A stretch of 64,000 nucleotides of DNA from Longimicrobiales bacterium (GTDB lineage: Bacteria; Gemmatimonadota; Gemmatimonadetes; Longimicrobiales; Gaopeijiaceae): positions 1,792,001 through 1,856,000 of the forward strand of contig CBDDCX010000008.1 in assembly GCA_965226375.1 (NCBI GenBank), read 5' to 3'. The notes beneath the pieces are model-generated. The model searched no databases. It was not told the origin of the DNA and saw only the letters and a program-made list of their open reading frames with translations. The translations under genes and the position numbers were made by a program. This document shows, one piece after another, positions 49,503 through 59,202 of this stretch (within the stretch, counting starts at the first letter, position 1; every line of letters begins with the position of its first letter).

Positions 49503-49838
49503 TTAGCTCGTCTCGCCCAGAACGCCCTCGGCGCTCCTCCAAAGATTCTGAAGGGCGCCGCGGCTCTCCCGCAGGGCCGCAATGCCCGACTCGGTAACGG
49601 TGAAGTGCCGGCGGGGTAGCCCCGACCGGGCGATGTCACCCGTCTCGACCCGCCACTCCAATAGACCCTTCTTCTTGAGGCGGTCCAGGGTCGTGTAGAG
49701 CGCCCCCTTCGACACCGTACGATCGGCGCTGCGCTCCAACTCCCGACTGACATCCAGGCTGGAGGCGTCGTTGTCTCCGGCCACCACGGCGAGTAGGACC
49801 ATCTGCTCGAATTCACCCAAGAACGACTTTCGAGTCAT
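49503..49838 (-). CDS. PadR-family transcriptional regulator
   Basis: LGEFEQMVLLAV, GALYTTLDRLKKKG, RRHFTVTESG; directly upstream of the ADOP permease. Confidence 0.92.
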   Translation of the reverse strand: MTRKSFLGEFEQMVLLAVVAGDNDASSLDVSRELERSADRTVSKGALYTTLDRLKKKGLLEWRVETGDIARSGLPRRHFTVTESGIAALRESRGALQNLWRSAEGVLGETS

Positions 49839-49850
49839 GCAAACATCCTA

Positions 49851-49899
49851 TCTACATGTGCGAACGATTCTATTTTGTAGACTTGATCTATAAAGTAAA
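49851..49899. promoter_or_regulatory. Putative PadR operator array (3 boxes, 18-bp period)
   Basis: TCTA-N5-GCGA (49851), TCTA-N5-TAGA (49869), TCTA-N5-TAAA (49887) in an AT-rich patch. Confidence 0.55.
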
Positions 49900-49984
49900 C
49901 CACCCTGTGATCGTGGCAAGTCCCGATCTTGGGCCCAACCAGCGTTCGGGATGGCTCGTGGGGTGTCTGCGCGGAATGCGTGGC

Positions 49985-50689
49985 CTAGTCGCGACCCGCC
50001 GAGAGATCCTGCAGCAACGTCCGGGCCCACTCCAGCTCATCGGCATTGACGGTGTGCCCCATGCCGGGATAGATGCGCTCTTCCACCCGCCCTCCGAGCG
50101 CCTCCATGACGCCGGTCGACTCGATGACCCGAGCATGGGGAATGTGGGGATCTACGTCACTACAACCCAGGAAAACGGGCGTATTCTCCAGCGACCCTCG
50201 GTAGTCGAACTCGGTCCCCTCGGGACCGATGAGGCCCCCCGAGAACGCCACGACGCCTCCGTAACGGCACACATTGCGGGCAACGAACTCCAGGGACAGA
50301 CAGGCTCCCTGTGAGAACCCCATCACTACGGTTCTCTCGGGTGGGAGTCCCGTGGACATCGCCTCTCGGTGAGCAGCCCCCACCCGCTCGAGCGCGGACG
50401 ACAGCCAAGGCTCGTTAGCGTCCGTCGGAGCCATGAAACTGTTCGGATACCAGGAGAAGCCCGGCGCCTGTGGCGCGATGAACGTCACTCTCGGCGCGTC
50501 CAGCTCGTGCGCCAGGCTCAGAATACCGCGGGGGCTATCGCCTCGGCCGTGGATCAGGACGACAGCCGTGTGGGCATCCTCCAGGTCCGGACCGAAGCGG
50601 ACCGAGGGACTGCCGAGGTGCGGGTCGCCCGGGATTGAGCCCGGGACCGGACCGGCAACCGAGCCCGGCTCCGGAGGCGCAGCGCTCAT
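49985..50689 (-). CDS. Phospholipase/carboxylesterase (alpha/beta hydrolase)
   Basis: IHGRG, GFSQG, DPHIP, MGH; ATGA overlap with the dioxygenase gene. Confidence 0.9.
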   Translation of the reverse strand: MSAAPPEPGSVAGPVPGSIPGDPHLGSPSVRFGPDLEDAHTAVVLIHGRGDSPRGILSLAHELDAPRVTFIAPQAPGFSWYPNSFMAPTDANEPWLSSALERVGAAHREAMSTGLPPERTVVMGFSQGACLSLEFVARNVCRYGGVVAFSGGLIGPEGTEFDYRGSLENTPVFLGCSDVDPHIPHARVIESTGVMEALGGRVEERIYPGMGHTVNADELEWARTLLQDLSAGRD

Positions 50690-51654
50690 CCGGTGTTCCC
50701 GTGCGGCATGGTCAAACGCGGCAACCGGGACTCCAGCTCTCCACGCCGACCCTCCAGCCACGCCGGTAGCTTGATCTCGGTGCCGAGATTCTCCTCAGTC
50801 TCATCAACCGTGAAGCCGGGATTGTCGGTCGCGATCTCGAACAGCACCCCTCCCGGCTCGTGGAAGTAGATCGAGCGGAAGTAGTTCCGATCCTGCACCG
50901 TCGTCACGGGAATGCCGGCGGAGGCGATCGCCTCACGCCAGCTCTGTTGCTCGTCGTCGTCGCTGGCCCGGAAAGCCACATGGTGCACACTCCCCCGCCC
51001 CATGCGCCCTTCGTCGGCGGATCCGGTCGAGAGCAGATCTACCGTCGCACCGATTCCCCTCGCACGCCCACGAAAGCGCAGGCGGCCGCCGTCCTCTCCG
51101 CCAGGCTCGTACCCCATGAGGTCCGTAAGCAGGCGGGCTGTGGCCTGCGGATCGGCCACGTCCAGAGTCACTCCGTGGAACGACCGGATGGCATGCTCCG
51201 AGGGAATGGCGCGGTGCGCGGAGGGCCCAGCTGTCGTCTCCGCGGTGTCGGACCCGGCCACCAACTCCAGAACCAACCCATCGGTGTCCTCGAGCCGTAC
51301 GACATCCTCCCCGAACCGTGTATCCCTTACCACGTGGCCGACGCCCGCGGCCTCCAGGTGACCGACCCAGAACTCCGCCGACTCGGCCGGCACGCTGAAG
51401 GCTGCGACATCCGTGAATCCCGCGCCGCGCCGCGCCGGCGCCGCATGCTCCCACGGGAAGAACGTCATGATGGTCCCGGGTGTGCCCACCCGATCGCCGT
51501 AGTACAGGTGGTAGGTGCCCGGGTCGTCGAAGTTGACGGTGCGCTTTACGAGACGTAGCCCCAAGACTCCCACGTAGAAGTCCAGGTTAGCCTGAGCCGA
51601 TCCGGAGATGGCCGTGACATGGTGGATCCCGAGGATCCGTGGTTGATTCTCCAC
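50686..51654 (-). CDS. Ring-cleaving dioxygenase (MhqO-like glyoxalase family)
   Basis: GIHHVTA, TVNFDDPGTYHLYY, VHHVAFR, DRNYFRSIYFHEPGGVLFEIAT. Confidence 0.93.
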   Translation of the reverse strand: MENQPRILGIHHVTAISGSAQANLDFYVGVLGLRLVKRTVNFDDPGTYHLYYGDRVGTPGTIMTFFPWEHAAPARRGAGFTDVAAFSVPAESAEFWVGHLEAAGVGHVVRDTRFGEDVVRLEDTDGLVLELVAGSDTAETTAGPSAHRAIPSEHAIRSFHGVTLDVADPQATARLLTDLMGYEPGGEDGGRLRFRGRARGIGATVDLLSTGSADEGRMGRGSVHHVAFRASDDDEQQSWREAIASAGIPVTTVQDRNYFRSIYFHEPGGVLFEIATDNPGFTVDETEENLGTEIKLPAWLEGRRGELESRLPRLTMPHGNTG

Positions 51655-51950
51655 GCGAAGTTCCTTTCGTCTCGTCTCGGCGTCTACGCAGCGGCGCTGG
51701 CCTGTCTACCCGTGCGGACCCATGGCTACCGCCCGGCACCCGTCCTTCTCCGGGTCACTCGACCGGATACGCTACCATTTGGAAAGCGCAGAGCCTCGAC
51801 AAGCTCCACCTCGACCCGCTTCGGCGCCGAAATACGCCGAGACCAATTCCTCGGGGTCGGCCGTCTCCTCGAGGGAGCGCATGACCCGCTTGACGATTTC
51901 CGTACGATGGTCCGTCATGGCGAGAGCGTACATGCGCCGCGGAGGTGGTG

Positions 51951-52087
51951 TCAATCGGACCGAAGCACGTTCAGCGGGTCCACACGGCCCGCCCTCACGG
52001 CCGGAATCAAGCTCGCCGCCAACGACACTCCAAGGAACGCTAGTAACACAACGCTCAGCGTCAGCGGGTTGAAGGGGCTCACCCCGA
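51951..52087 (-). pseudogene. Orphan C-terminal tail of a second ADOP/FtsX-like permease
   Basis: Manual translation GVSPFNPLTLSVVLLAFLGVSLAASLIPAVRAGRVDPLNVLRSD*; parallels the end of the 45219 gene. Confidence 0.8.
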
Positions 52088-52175
52088 GTTTCCCGCGACC
52101 GTAATCGTGTGGTTAGAAACCTACGGCGGTCATGTCGGTATCAATGCTCCGAACAAGGCCAATCAGGAGGCACCG

Positions 52176-52862
52176 ATGTCGTTCCGTGTGATCATGGCAG
52201 GGCTGAGAACGATGGGCACCGCGCAGAACCGGAAGGTCTACACCAGGCACGGCGTAGGGAAAAAGATGTACGGGGTCAGTTATGCAAACCTGAACAAACT
52301 CAGAAAGCAGATCGGAACGGACCAGGCCCTCGCGGAGCAGCTATGGACCTCGGGTAACCACGATGCTCGCGTGCTCGCAACCATGGTGGCGGACCCTGGT
52401 CAGGTGAAGTCCAGTTTGCTCGACGCCTGGATCAAGGACGTGGACTCCTATGTGTTGGCCGATGCGCTCAGGGACCTGGTCGCCCGCACGCCGTTCGCCC
52501 AGAAAAAGTTCGAGAAGTGGTCGCGCTCGAAGGCGGAGTTCGTCGGGCAGGTGGGCTGGGGCCTGCTCTCCTACCTCGCCAGCAATGTTGAAGACCTCAA
52601 CAACGCGTTCTTCGTAGAGCAGCTAAAGACGATCGACGCCGAGATCCACACCGGAGCCAACCGTGTCCGCCACTCCATGAACGGAGCGATCATCAGTATC
52701 GGAGCGAGGAACGCGACGCTACGAAAAAGAGCCACGGCCGCCGCGAACCGGATCGGGACGATCCACATCGACCACGGCGAGACGAACTGCACCACCCCGG
52801 CCGCCGTGCCGTATATCGACAAGATGTGGGCGCGCAAGGAAGCGAAGGAGGCGGGGGGCTGA
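52176..52862 (+). CDS. DNA alkylation repair (AlkD-like HEAT) protein
   Basis: YGVS, LAEQLWTSGNHDARVLA, VRHSMN, DHGETNCTTP; AGGAGG RBS. Confidence 0.85.
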   Translation: MSFRVIMAGLRTMGTAQNRKVYTRHGVGKKMYGVSYANLNKLRKQIGTDQALAEQLWTSGNHDARVLATMVADPGQVKSSLLDAWIKDVDSYVLADALRDLVARTPFAQKKFEKWSRSKAEFVGQVGWGLLSYLASNVEDLNNAFFVEQLKTIDAEIHTGANRVRHSMNGAIISIGARNATLRKRATAAANRIGTIHIDHGETNCTTPAAVPYIDKMWARKEAKEAGG

Positions 52863-52964
52863 CGCCCGGGGAACACATGCAAAACCTGCCATTTCGGCAA
52901 GTCCACGCTTTCACAACCGTCCCTCGACAGAGGCCGACCCCGTGGATACCCGGACGCCGTGGTC

Positions 52965-53342
52965 CTAGGACACGGTGATACTCGCCGTCGCGGAGCTGGA
53001 CGTACCGTTGACCATGACCGTAGCCGTTATGGTGACCTGGCCCGGAGCCAGACCTTCGACCGTGCCGGAACCACCGACGGTGGCCACTGACTTGTCGCTC
53101 GAGCTCCACATGATCGGTTGGCCGGAGACGACCCTGCCGGTTCCGTCCCGGACGGTGGGAGTTATGGCCAACGACCCTCCGATTTCGACCGTCGCAGTAG
53201 TGGGAGACAGGCTGATCGTAAGGGAGGTGGCCGGACCCAATCCGGTATCCGGCTCCCCTCCTGCACAGGACAGGAGGATCACGGGGGTCAACACCAAGCC
53301 AAGAGAGTGGATGCCGAACTTGGAGTAACGCACGGCTGTCAT
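52965..53342 (-). CDS. Ig-like (Big_2) domain lipoprotein
   Basis: LLSC lipobox; WSSSDKSVATV..GTV..PGQVTITAT. Confidence 0.75.
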   Translation of the reverse strand: MTAVRYSKFGIHSLGLVLTPVILLSCAGGEPDTGLGPATSLTISLSPTTATVEIGGSLAITPTVRDGTGRVVSGQPIMWSSSDKSVATVGGSGTVEGLAPGQVTITATVMVNGTSSSATASITVS

Positions 53343-53953
53343 ACCCTGGACCACCACTTACCCTTCGGTCCCTCCCCCTCGACCCGCGCGAAACCATGCC
53401 CCTGTAACTCATCACGCAGGGCGGCGACGAGCTTGTCCCCCTCGTGTCGCTCGAGATCGCCCTTGAACAGGAGTACGGTTCCATCATCACCGGTCAAGGA
53501 AGCCGAGACCTTCCTGGGCCCCTCGGCGTACTCCTCGATCTGGCGGACCAAGTTCTGAGCGAACTCCAGTCGATCATGCTTGGTGGCCGCCTTTGCTTTT
53601 CTGGCGCGGGCCTCGGCCTTCTCTGGACGAGCATCACTCCAGGCGGTGATCACCCCGGGAAGCGATAGGGGGAGTCCAGTCCCCAAGCCGAGCAGCAGGT
53701 ACCTCAGCGGGGAACCCACCGTCGCGTCGGCATCGAGCCCCTCACGGATTCCCGAAAACAGCCAATAGAACCCACCGAGCAGCCCACCCACCGCCAGGAC
53801 CACGAATACGACGACACCCCAGACCTTTATCCGGCCGAGGAAAACCCGCCCGCTCGGCCTGCGAGCCAGCGACGTGAGCCCGAATGACGACACGAGCCCC
53901 CCGACGAGCAGGGCCGCCATATGGGGGATCAGATCTCGGAGTACCGTCGTCAT
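53339..53953 (-). CDS. Hypothetical membrane protein
   Basis: Three TMs plus a soluble C-domain; ATG after a GGAG RBS. Confidence 0.7.
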   Translation of the reverse strand: MTTVLRDLIPHMAALLVGGLVSSFGLTSLARRPSGRVFLGRIKVWGVVVFVVLAVGGLLGGFYWLFSGIREGLDADATVGSPLRYLLLGLGTGLPLSLPGVITAWSDARPEKAEARARKAKAATKHDRLEFAQNLVRQIEEYAEGPRKVSASLTGDDGTVLLFKGDLERHEGDKLVAALRDELQGHGFARVEGEGPKGKWWSRV

Positions 53954-53969
53954 CTGCTCCCGACCTGGG

Positions 53970-56618
53970 TTACCGGTCGTCCATGGCCAAGTCGGCCGAT
54001 CCGGGCCCACCCACGAGGGCGTTGAACAGCAGCTTGAACGTTCCGTGCGTCTGGGCACGATGCTGCGCCCTGAATCCGATGAGGACCACCTTGCCCTGAC
54101 CGTGTTCGACCGAGACCATGGCCGCTTTCTCGGCGATGACTTCCTCACCGAGAAGCCATCCGCTCTGCAGCAGATCGCGGTCCACGAACGTAACGATCCG
54201 GTCGGCTCGCTCGTTGCGTGCCGACGCAACGATCTCATACGCATGGTTGTTGCCCAGGAAGGTGGCCAGCCCATGCTCGGGCATACCGTACGCCATGGGA
54301 TGAGTGTTGTCGATATTCACACGTAGGGTGGACCCCGGCGACCAGAACTCGGTCGAGGAAAGTCCCTCCCTCACGTTGCGAACGGGGAGCCCGAACTCGT
54401 CGATGGGCAACGCCCCGGCCTCGGCGAAGGTCACTAGCGTGCCTCCGTTCTCCACGAAAGCCTCCAGCGCGTCGAGTCCCTCCTGACCGAAGCCACTCCG
54501 GTACTCCTCGGGATAAGTCTGAACTCCACCTCCGGCACCGCCACCTTCAGGCTCCTCCCCAGTCATACGAGCCGTGCCGTCGGCCGGTAGAATGATCACG
54601 TCATAGTCTTCGTGGAGGTCACCGCCCGTGATCTCTGCATCCATGAGGGTCACATAAGGGAAACTGAAGTCCTCGAGCAGCCAGCGCGTCCAACCCTCGT
54701 CCATGTTGCCGCCGAGGTATCGCTGATACATCCCGATGCGAAGCTGAGTCAGCGGTCGGCTCCCGCTCGACGCGTCGGACTCCAAAGCGGCGAAGTCGAC
54801 TCCGGTCTCCCGGGCCACTTCGGCCACGGTCGCGTCCGACGCACCGGCATCCACCAGGAAGTCACCGGGTCGAAGGCTCTCATCTGCCGGTCGATCCACT
54901 CGCCGCACGCCCACGTTGGCCGCGAGCAGGAGGTTCACCGCCTCGAAGCTGTCGTTCAGGCGGCCGTCCAGAACGTAGCCGAAACGGCCCTTCGACACCT
55001 GACCATCGGGGTCGATCAGCGTCGTCACCTCGGTGAGCCCGGTCTCGACGGCCTCGGCCACCGGATCCACACGAACGCCCATGAACTCCGCCATGTTGTC
55101 CGTGGACATGTCGTAGGGCCGGATTGGGTTGCCGTCCCGATCACGGGTGTAGGAATTGTCAGGATAGAAGGTCTGCCCGAGAAGCCAGCGGATCACGCCC
55201 ATCTTGGGCTGGGCCATCGACACCACGAAAGTGCCCGCCCCGTACACGCGTCCCTCGTGGACGAACTCACCCGTGGCCTCATGCACCTCGATGCCCTGGC
55301 CCAGAAGCTTGTTCACCAACTTCTTGGCGGTGAGGGGGTCATGCTGCTCCGCCGGGATCACGTAAGCCGCCGTCTCGCCACTCGCCCCCCTCGCCGTCTG
55401 CCGTAGGGCCTTCAGAGAGGCGTTCTTGAGCACCGTCTCACGGTTTCGCGCCGCAATGTCCAGTGTCGCGATGGCCGCGATCTTCTGCTGCTCGACGATA
55501 TCACGCACGCGCCACCAGCCACCCGGCCAAGGGTTCGGGAACGACGTCTGCTCCTCGTACTCGGGCAGGCCGCGGCGCGAGCCCTGAAGCTGGTCGGGGT
55601 GCACGAAGAGTGGCGTGGCCAGTCGGGCGCTAGCCGACTCGGTGAGCATCCCCGCAATGTTGTGGAACGGAGTGATCCAGTGGAATCCCATGTGGCCCCA
55701 ACCGGAATAGATGGCCGCATTCACCACGCCGGACTTGTCGGCCTCCTCCTCCTTGTACGCAATGTGGGCGCCATACCAGCTCATCTCCCGCCAAACCAAG
55801 GGATCGGCTGAGGGCCGGATGGGCTCGGCGTAAGGCGGCACGTAGATGCGAGCTCCATAAGCACCCATCTGGTGGTGGTCCACGTAGGCCTGCGGAATCC
55901 ACTCGCGGAACAGGATCTCTGCGCCGTACTGGGATTCGACCGTATTGGTCATGAAGGCGTCGCGATTGTTGTCGTGGCCGATGTACTTGTGATACAGCCA
56001 CGGCATCCCGTTCCCCTCGTACTCGGTGCCCACGGTCTCATTGTACCAGTCGGTGACCATGATCTCACCGTCGGGATTGAAGCACGGAATCATGATGCCG
56101 ATGGTGTTGTCCAGAATACGCATGACCTCCCGGTCGGTGCGTGTGACCAGGTCGTACATGAGCTCCGCCGCCATCTGTCCCGATGCCACTTCGGTAGAGT
56201 GGAGGCACATGGACTGCACCACCACCGCTTTCCCTTCGGAGATGGCCCGGTCGATCTCCGTCTGCGGCACGCCCCTGGGGTCACTGAGGGTGGCGTTGAT
56301 GCGCTTGAGCTCGTCGAGCCTGGCCAGGTTCTCCGGTGAGGACAGGTAGAGCGCCAAGAACGGGTTGCCCATGGTCGTGGGCCCCATGTCGACGACCTGG
56401 AGTCGGGGGCTCTGCTCCCCGAGGAGGTTGTAGTACTCAACCAGCTTATCCCACCGAGCGAGCCTTCGATCCGCACCCATCTGGAATCCGAAGAAGCTCT
56501 CGGGCGTGGGGATCTGTTGCGCCCCGACGCTTGCGGGAGAGAGGACCGGGCCAGGACCGCCGACGCCCAAGGCGAGGAGGACCAGCATGATTTGGAACGA
56601 GGCATACTTCGTATTCAT
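53970..56618 (-). CDS. M14 family zinc carboxypeptidase with C-terminal GATase-like domain
   Basis: LHSTE, NPDG, HDNNRD, DHHQMG, MDEGWTRW. Confidence 0.9.
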   Translation of the reverse strand: MNTKYASFQIMLVLLALGVGGPGPVLSPASVGAQQIPTPESFFGFQMGADRRLARWDKLVEYYNLLGEQSPRLQVVDMGPTTMGNPFLALYLSSPENLARLDELKRINATLSDPRGVPQTEIDRAISEGKAVVVQSMCLHSTEVASGQMAAELMYDLVTRTDREVMRILDNTIGIMIPCFNPDGEIMVTDWYNETVGTEYEGNGMPWLYHKYIGHDNNRDAFMTNTVESQYGAEILFREWIPQAYVDHHQMGAYGARIYVPPYAEPIRPSADPLVWREMSWYGAHIAYKEEEADKSGVVNAAIYSGWGHMGFHWITPFHNIAGMLTESASARLATPLFVHPDQLQGSRRGLPEYEEQTSFPNPWPGGWWRVRDIVEQQKIAAIATLDIAARNRETVLKNASLKALRQTARGASGETAAYVIPAEQHDPLTAKKLVNKLLGQGIEVHEATGEFVHEGRVYGAGTFVVSMAQPKMGVIRWLLGQTFYPDNSYTRDRDGNPIRPYDMSTDNMAEFMGVRVDPVAEAVETGLTEVTTLIDPDGQVSKGRFGYVLDGRLNDSFEAVNLLLAANVGVRRVDRPADESLRPGDFLVDAGASDATVAEVARETGVDFAALESDASSGSRPLTQLRIGMYQRYLGGNMDEGWTRWLLEDFSFPYVTLMDAEITGGDLHEDYDVIILPADGTARMTGEEPEGGGAGGGVQTYPEEYRSGFGQEGLDALEAFVENGGTLVTFAEAGALPIDEFGLPVRNVREGLSSTEFWSPGSTLRVNIDNTHPMAYGMPEHGLATFLGNNHAYEIVASARNERADRIVTFVDRDLLQSGWLLGEEVIAEKAAMVSVEHGQGKVVLIGFRAQHRAQTHGTFKLLFNALVGGPGSADLAMDDR

Positions 56619-56662
56619 TGGGCGCTTCCTAAGAGTCGAACGATCACTGTTCTGTCCCCACA

Positions 56663-57181
56663 TCATACGACATCGGGGCCCTCGGGCCACTCCTTGCCGG
56701 GAGCCTTTGGCGCCGGCTGATCCGCACCCAGATTCGACGGATCGACATCCGCTTCGAAGAAATTCTCGGGGGGAACCGGAGATCCAAATAAGCGGCGTAG
56801 CATGGCCAACTGTCCCGCGTGTGTCATGGCATCCGAGAAGGGGCCCTGCAGCAGTCGCTCAGCCGTCGTTTGACTCATGGCCTTTACGGTATGGATCGCG
56901 CCCGAGAGATCATTGAGCATGGCATGGAACCGAGCGATCTCGTCCTGGAACGTCTCGGAGGCTTCAGCCAGATAGGATTCGCCTCGGAGCGTCGCGTGAG
57001 CCCAGCCCATCACATTCGTCATGTGATGGACAAGCTCCCTGGGGGATCGCACTCGATTGCCCGCCGAGAAATCGGCGAAATCGGGCGGCGCCTCGTGGAG
57101 CGCCTTCTGCGTGCGATAGGCGAGGGCCGCAAGAAAGTGAAGGAGCATCGCGCGTTTTTCGTCCACTCTGACTCCGATCAC
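56663..57181 (-). CDS. DinB-like protein
   Basis: AALAYR, LVHHM, DAMTHAGQLAMLRR. Confidence 0.8.
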   Translation of the reverse strand: MIGVRVDEKRAMLLHFLAALAYRTQKALHEAPPDFADFSAGNRVRSPRELVHHMTNVMGWAHATLRGESYLAEASETFQDEIARFHAMLNDLSGAIHTVKAMSQTTAERLLQGPFSDAMTHAGQLAMLRRLFGSPVPPENFFEADVDPSNLGADQPAPKAPGKEWPEGPDVV

Positions 57182-57203
57182 CGACGTCTTACGTCAGCCA
57201 GCC

Positions 57204-57653
57204 TCACTCCATGTTCAAGCGTTCCTGCATGCCCATGAGCCGGTAGCTCTGCTCGATCCATTTCTGGATCTCGCTGTCGAGCTGAGTGGCGTGGACAACC
57301 TTGATCCAGTGGACATACCACCCCGGCACCACCTCCTCGACGCTCTCGATCCGATCGGACTCGAGCGTGAAGGGCAACGCGAACGACCACGTCATCCCTC
57401 GCTCGGAAATGTTGGTGATGGTCGCAAAGCGGACACACCCCATGAATGCGATACGGGTCTTGGCCGGCGCCACGTGGTATTCCCCGCAGGCGGCGATCAT
57501 CTGCTCGAACTGGTTGTAGAGTGCCGCGCCACGGGGGCCCAGCTCGTCGATCCAGTCCCCGAGCGTAACCTCCCCGCAGGTGTGCCACTGGCCCTCGGTC
57601 GCGAACTTGGCCCCGCACTCGGGGCATGCCCAAAGTTCGCCCAAGTTAGACAT
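57204..57653 (-). CDS. DUF5655-like protein with N-terminal Zn ribbon
   Basis: WACPECGAKF..HTC; KTRIAF; LDSEIQKWIEQSY. Confidence 0.75.
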   Translation of the reverse strand: MSNLGELWACPECGAKFATEGQWHTCGEVTLGDWIDELGPRGAALYNQFEQMIAACGEYHVAPAKTRIAFMGCVRFATITNISERGMTWSFALPFTLESDRIESVEEVVPGWYVHWIKVVHATQLDSEIQKWIEQSYRLMGMQERLNME

Positions 57654-57809
57654 CAGAGTTGATTCCGAACCCAATTTCGTACGTGCCTCATGGTTTCGCC
57701 TTTGCCGCAACCCTCCCGTATCTACAATATGCAACCAGCGGCCACCTTCGTGTGCGATAAAGTACCGTCGGGTCGTCATCGGGCTTCCTCCCAGACCATC
57801 GTTGCCACT

Positions 57810-58937
57810 CTACCTTCGGTCCTCCACCCGTGCGCCTACCAACCTCGCCAACGCCCCCAGGGTCGTCTGAGCCGCGTTGAACCCGAGGCGGAAGTCCGCG
57901 TCCGAGAAGGTCACGAAGAGGTCGGTCGGTTGGTGCCAGTGCGGGTTGGCCCGGTTGCCCGTCTCGTAAAGCCGCCGATTCTCTCGAAGGCTGACGGCGG
58001 CCACTAAATCCTGGAACGGGCCGGAGTCGGTGTTGCTCATGGCATTGCTCATGGCCGCCGGATAGTCGGTGGCGAACATCCGGTTGGCGTTGAGGAGCTT
58101 CAGGGCGAGAGCCGCCGAGTCGTCGGCCTTCTCGGAAGCGAGCTGGAACTCGATGTCCACGTCGGCGTCCAGGGCCTGATTGAACGTCACCGGATTACCG
58201 TGATCCCAGAGCATCATGTCGTGTTGGATCATGCCCAGCCACGTCGGCTCCGGATACTGCCCGGACCCCGCGGGCTCTTCAATTCCCTGGAGAGGGGCCC
58301 GCTGCTCGACGTAGGCGCGGGCTCCATTCAGCCCGGTCTCCTCGTTGTTCCAGAGGGCGAAGCGGATGGACCGGGCCGTCCGGACCTCCGACAGCGCCCG
58401 CGCGATCTCCATGACAAGGGCGGTGCCCGACCCGTCGTCGTTCGCGGCCTGACCACCGCCCCGCCCATCCATGTGGGCACCGATGATGTACATCTCGCCG
58501 GGTACATCGCTGCCCACCTTGGTGGCGTAGACCTCTTCGCGGGGCTCGGCCACGGTGCCACCCCGAGGCGTGAACTGGTAGTGGATCCGCCCGGTCTCGT
58601 ATCCCCAGCCCTGGAGCTGCGCCTCAATCCAGTCTATGGCCCGGGCGTTCCGCTCCGTGCCCTGCTCACGGTCGCCGAACTGAGTCAGGCCGCGCAGGAT
58701 CTCCTTGTAGCTGTCGAAATCCAGGCGATCGACCACCGCCTTGACCGCGCTATCCGCGGCCGTCATCTCGAGGCCACCGAGCACTCGGCTCACTCGTCGA
58801 TCGTCCGGTCGGGCCTGCTGTCCACTGCCTCGATCCTGACTCGTCAGAGCGGTCGGCCCGACGAACACGGCAATCGAGAGTGCGATCAGGGACAAACGAC
58901 CAGCCAGGGCCGGCGATAGATACAGGCGATTCAACAT
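57810..58937 (-). CDS. M28 family peptidase
   Basis: GAHMD, ANDDGSG, NEETGL, HWH; signal peptide. Confidence 0.92.
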   Translation of the reverse strand: MLNRLYLSPALAGRLSLIALSIAVFVGPTALTSQDRGSGQQARPDDRRVSRVLGGLEMTAADSAVKAVVDRLDFDSYKEILRGLTQFGDREQGTERNARAIDWIEAQLQGWGYETGRIHYQFTPRGGTVAEPREEVYATKVGSDVPGEMYIIGAHMDGRGGGQAANDDGSGTALVMEIARALSEVRTARSIRFALWNNEETGLNGARAYVEQRAPLQGIEEPAGSGQYPEPTWLGMIQHDMMLWDHGNPVTFNQALDADVDIEFQLASEKADDSAALALKLLNANRMFATDYPAAMSNAMSNTDSGPFQDLVAAVSLRENRRLYETGNRANPHWHQPTDLFVTFSDADFRLGFNAAQTTLGALARLVGARVEDRR

Positions 58938-59202
58938 GGTGGATTCCTCGGGATGTGAGGCGCGAATAAACGCCGTCAGACTGACTCGGCATCCTTACGC
59001 GTGGCCATCTGTCGGCGCAAGACGTGACAGGGCTCCCAGCGTCAGAGTCCCGGACTCTGTAGGGAAAATCCCCCCCTTCGGCGGTGCCATCGACTCCCGC
59101 TCTAGCACACGGGACTTTCGGTACGACCCGAATCTCCGTAGATGCATAGATCGATGGACGTTGGTGCGCGCCCGAAACTTCAGTTGCTTCAGGAGATTAG
59201 AG

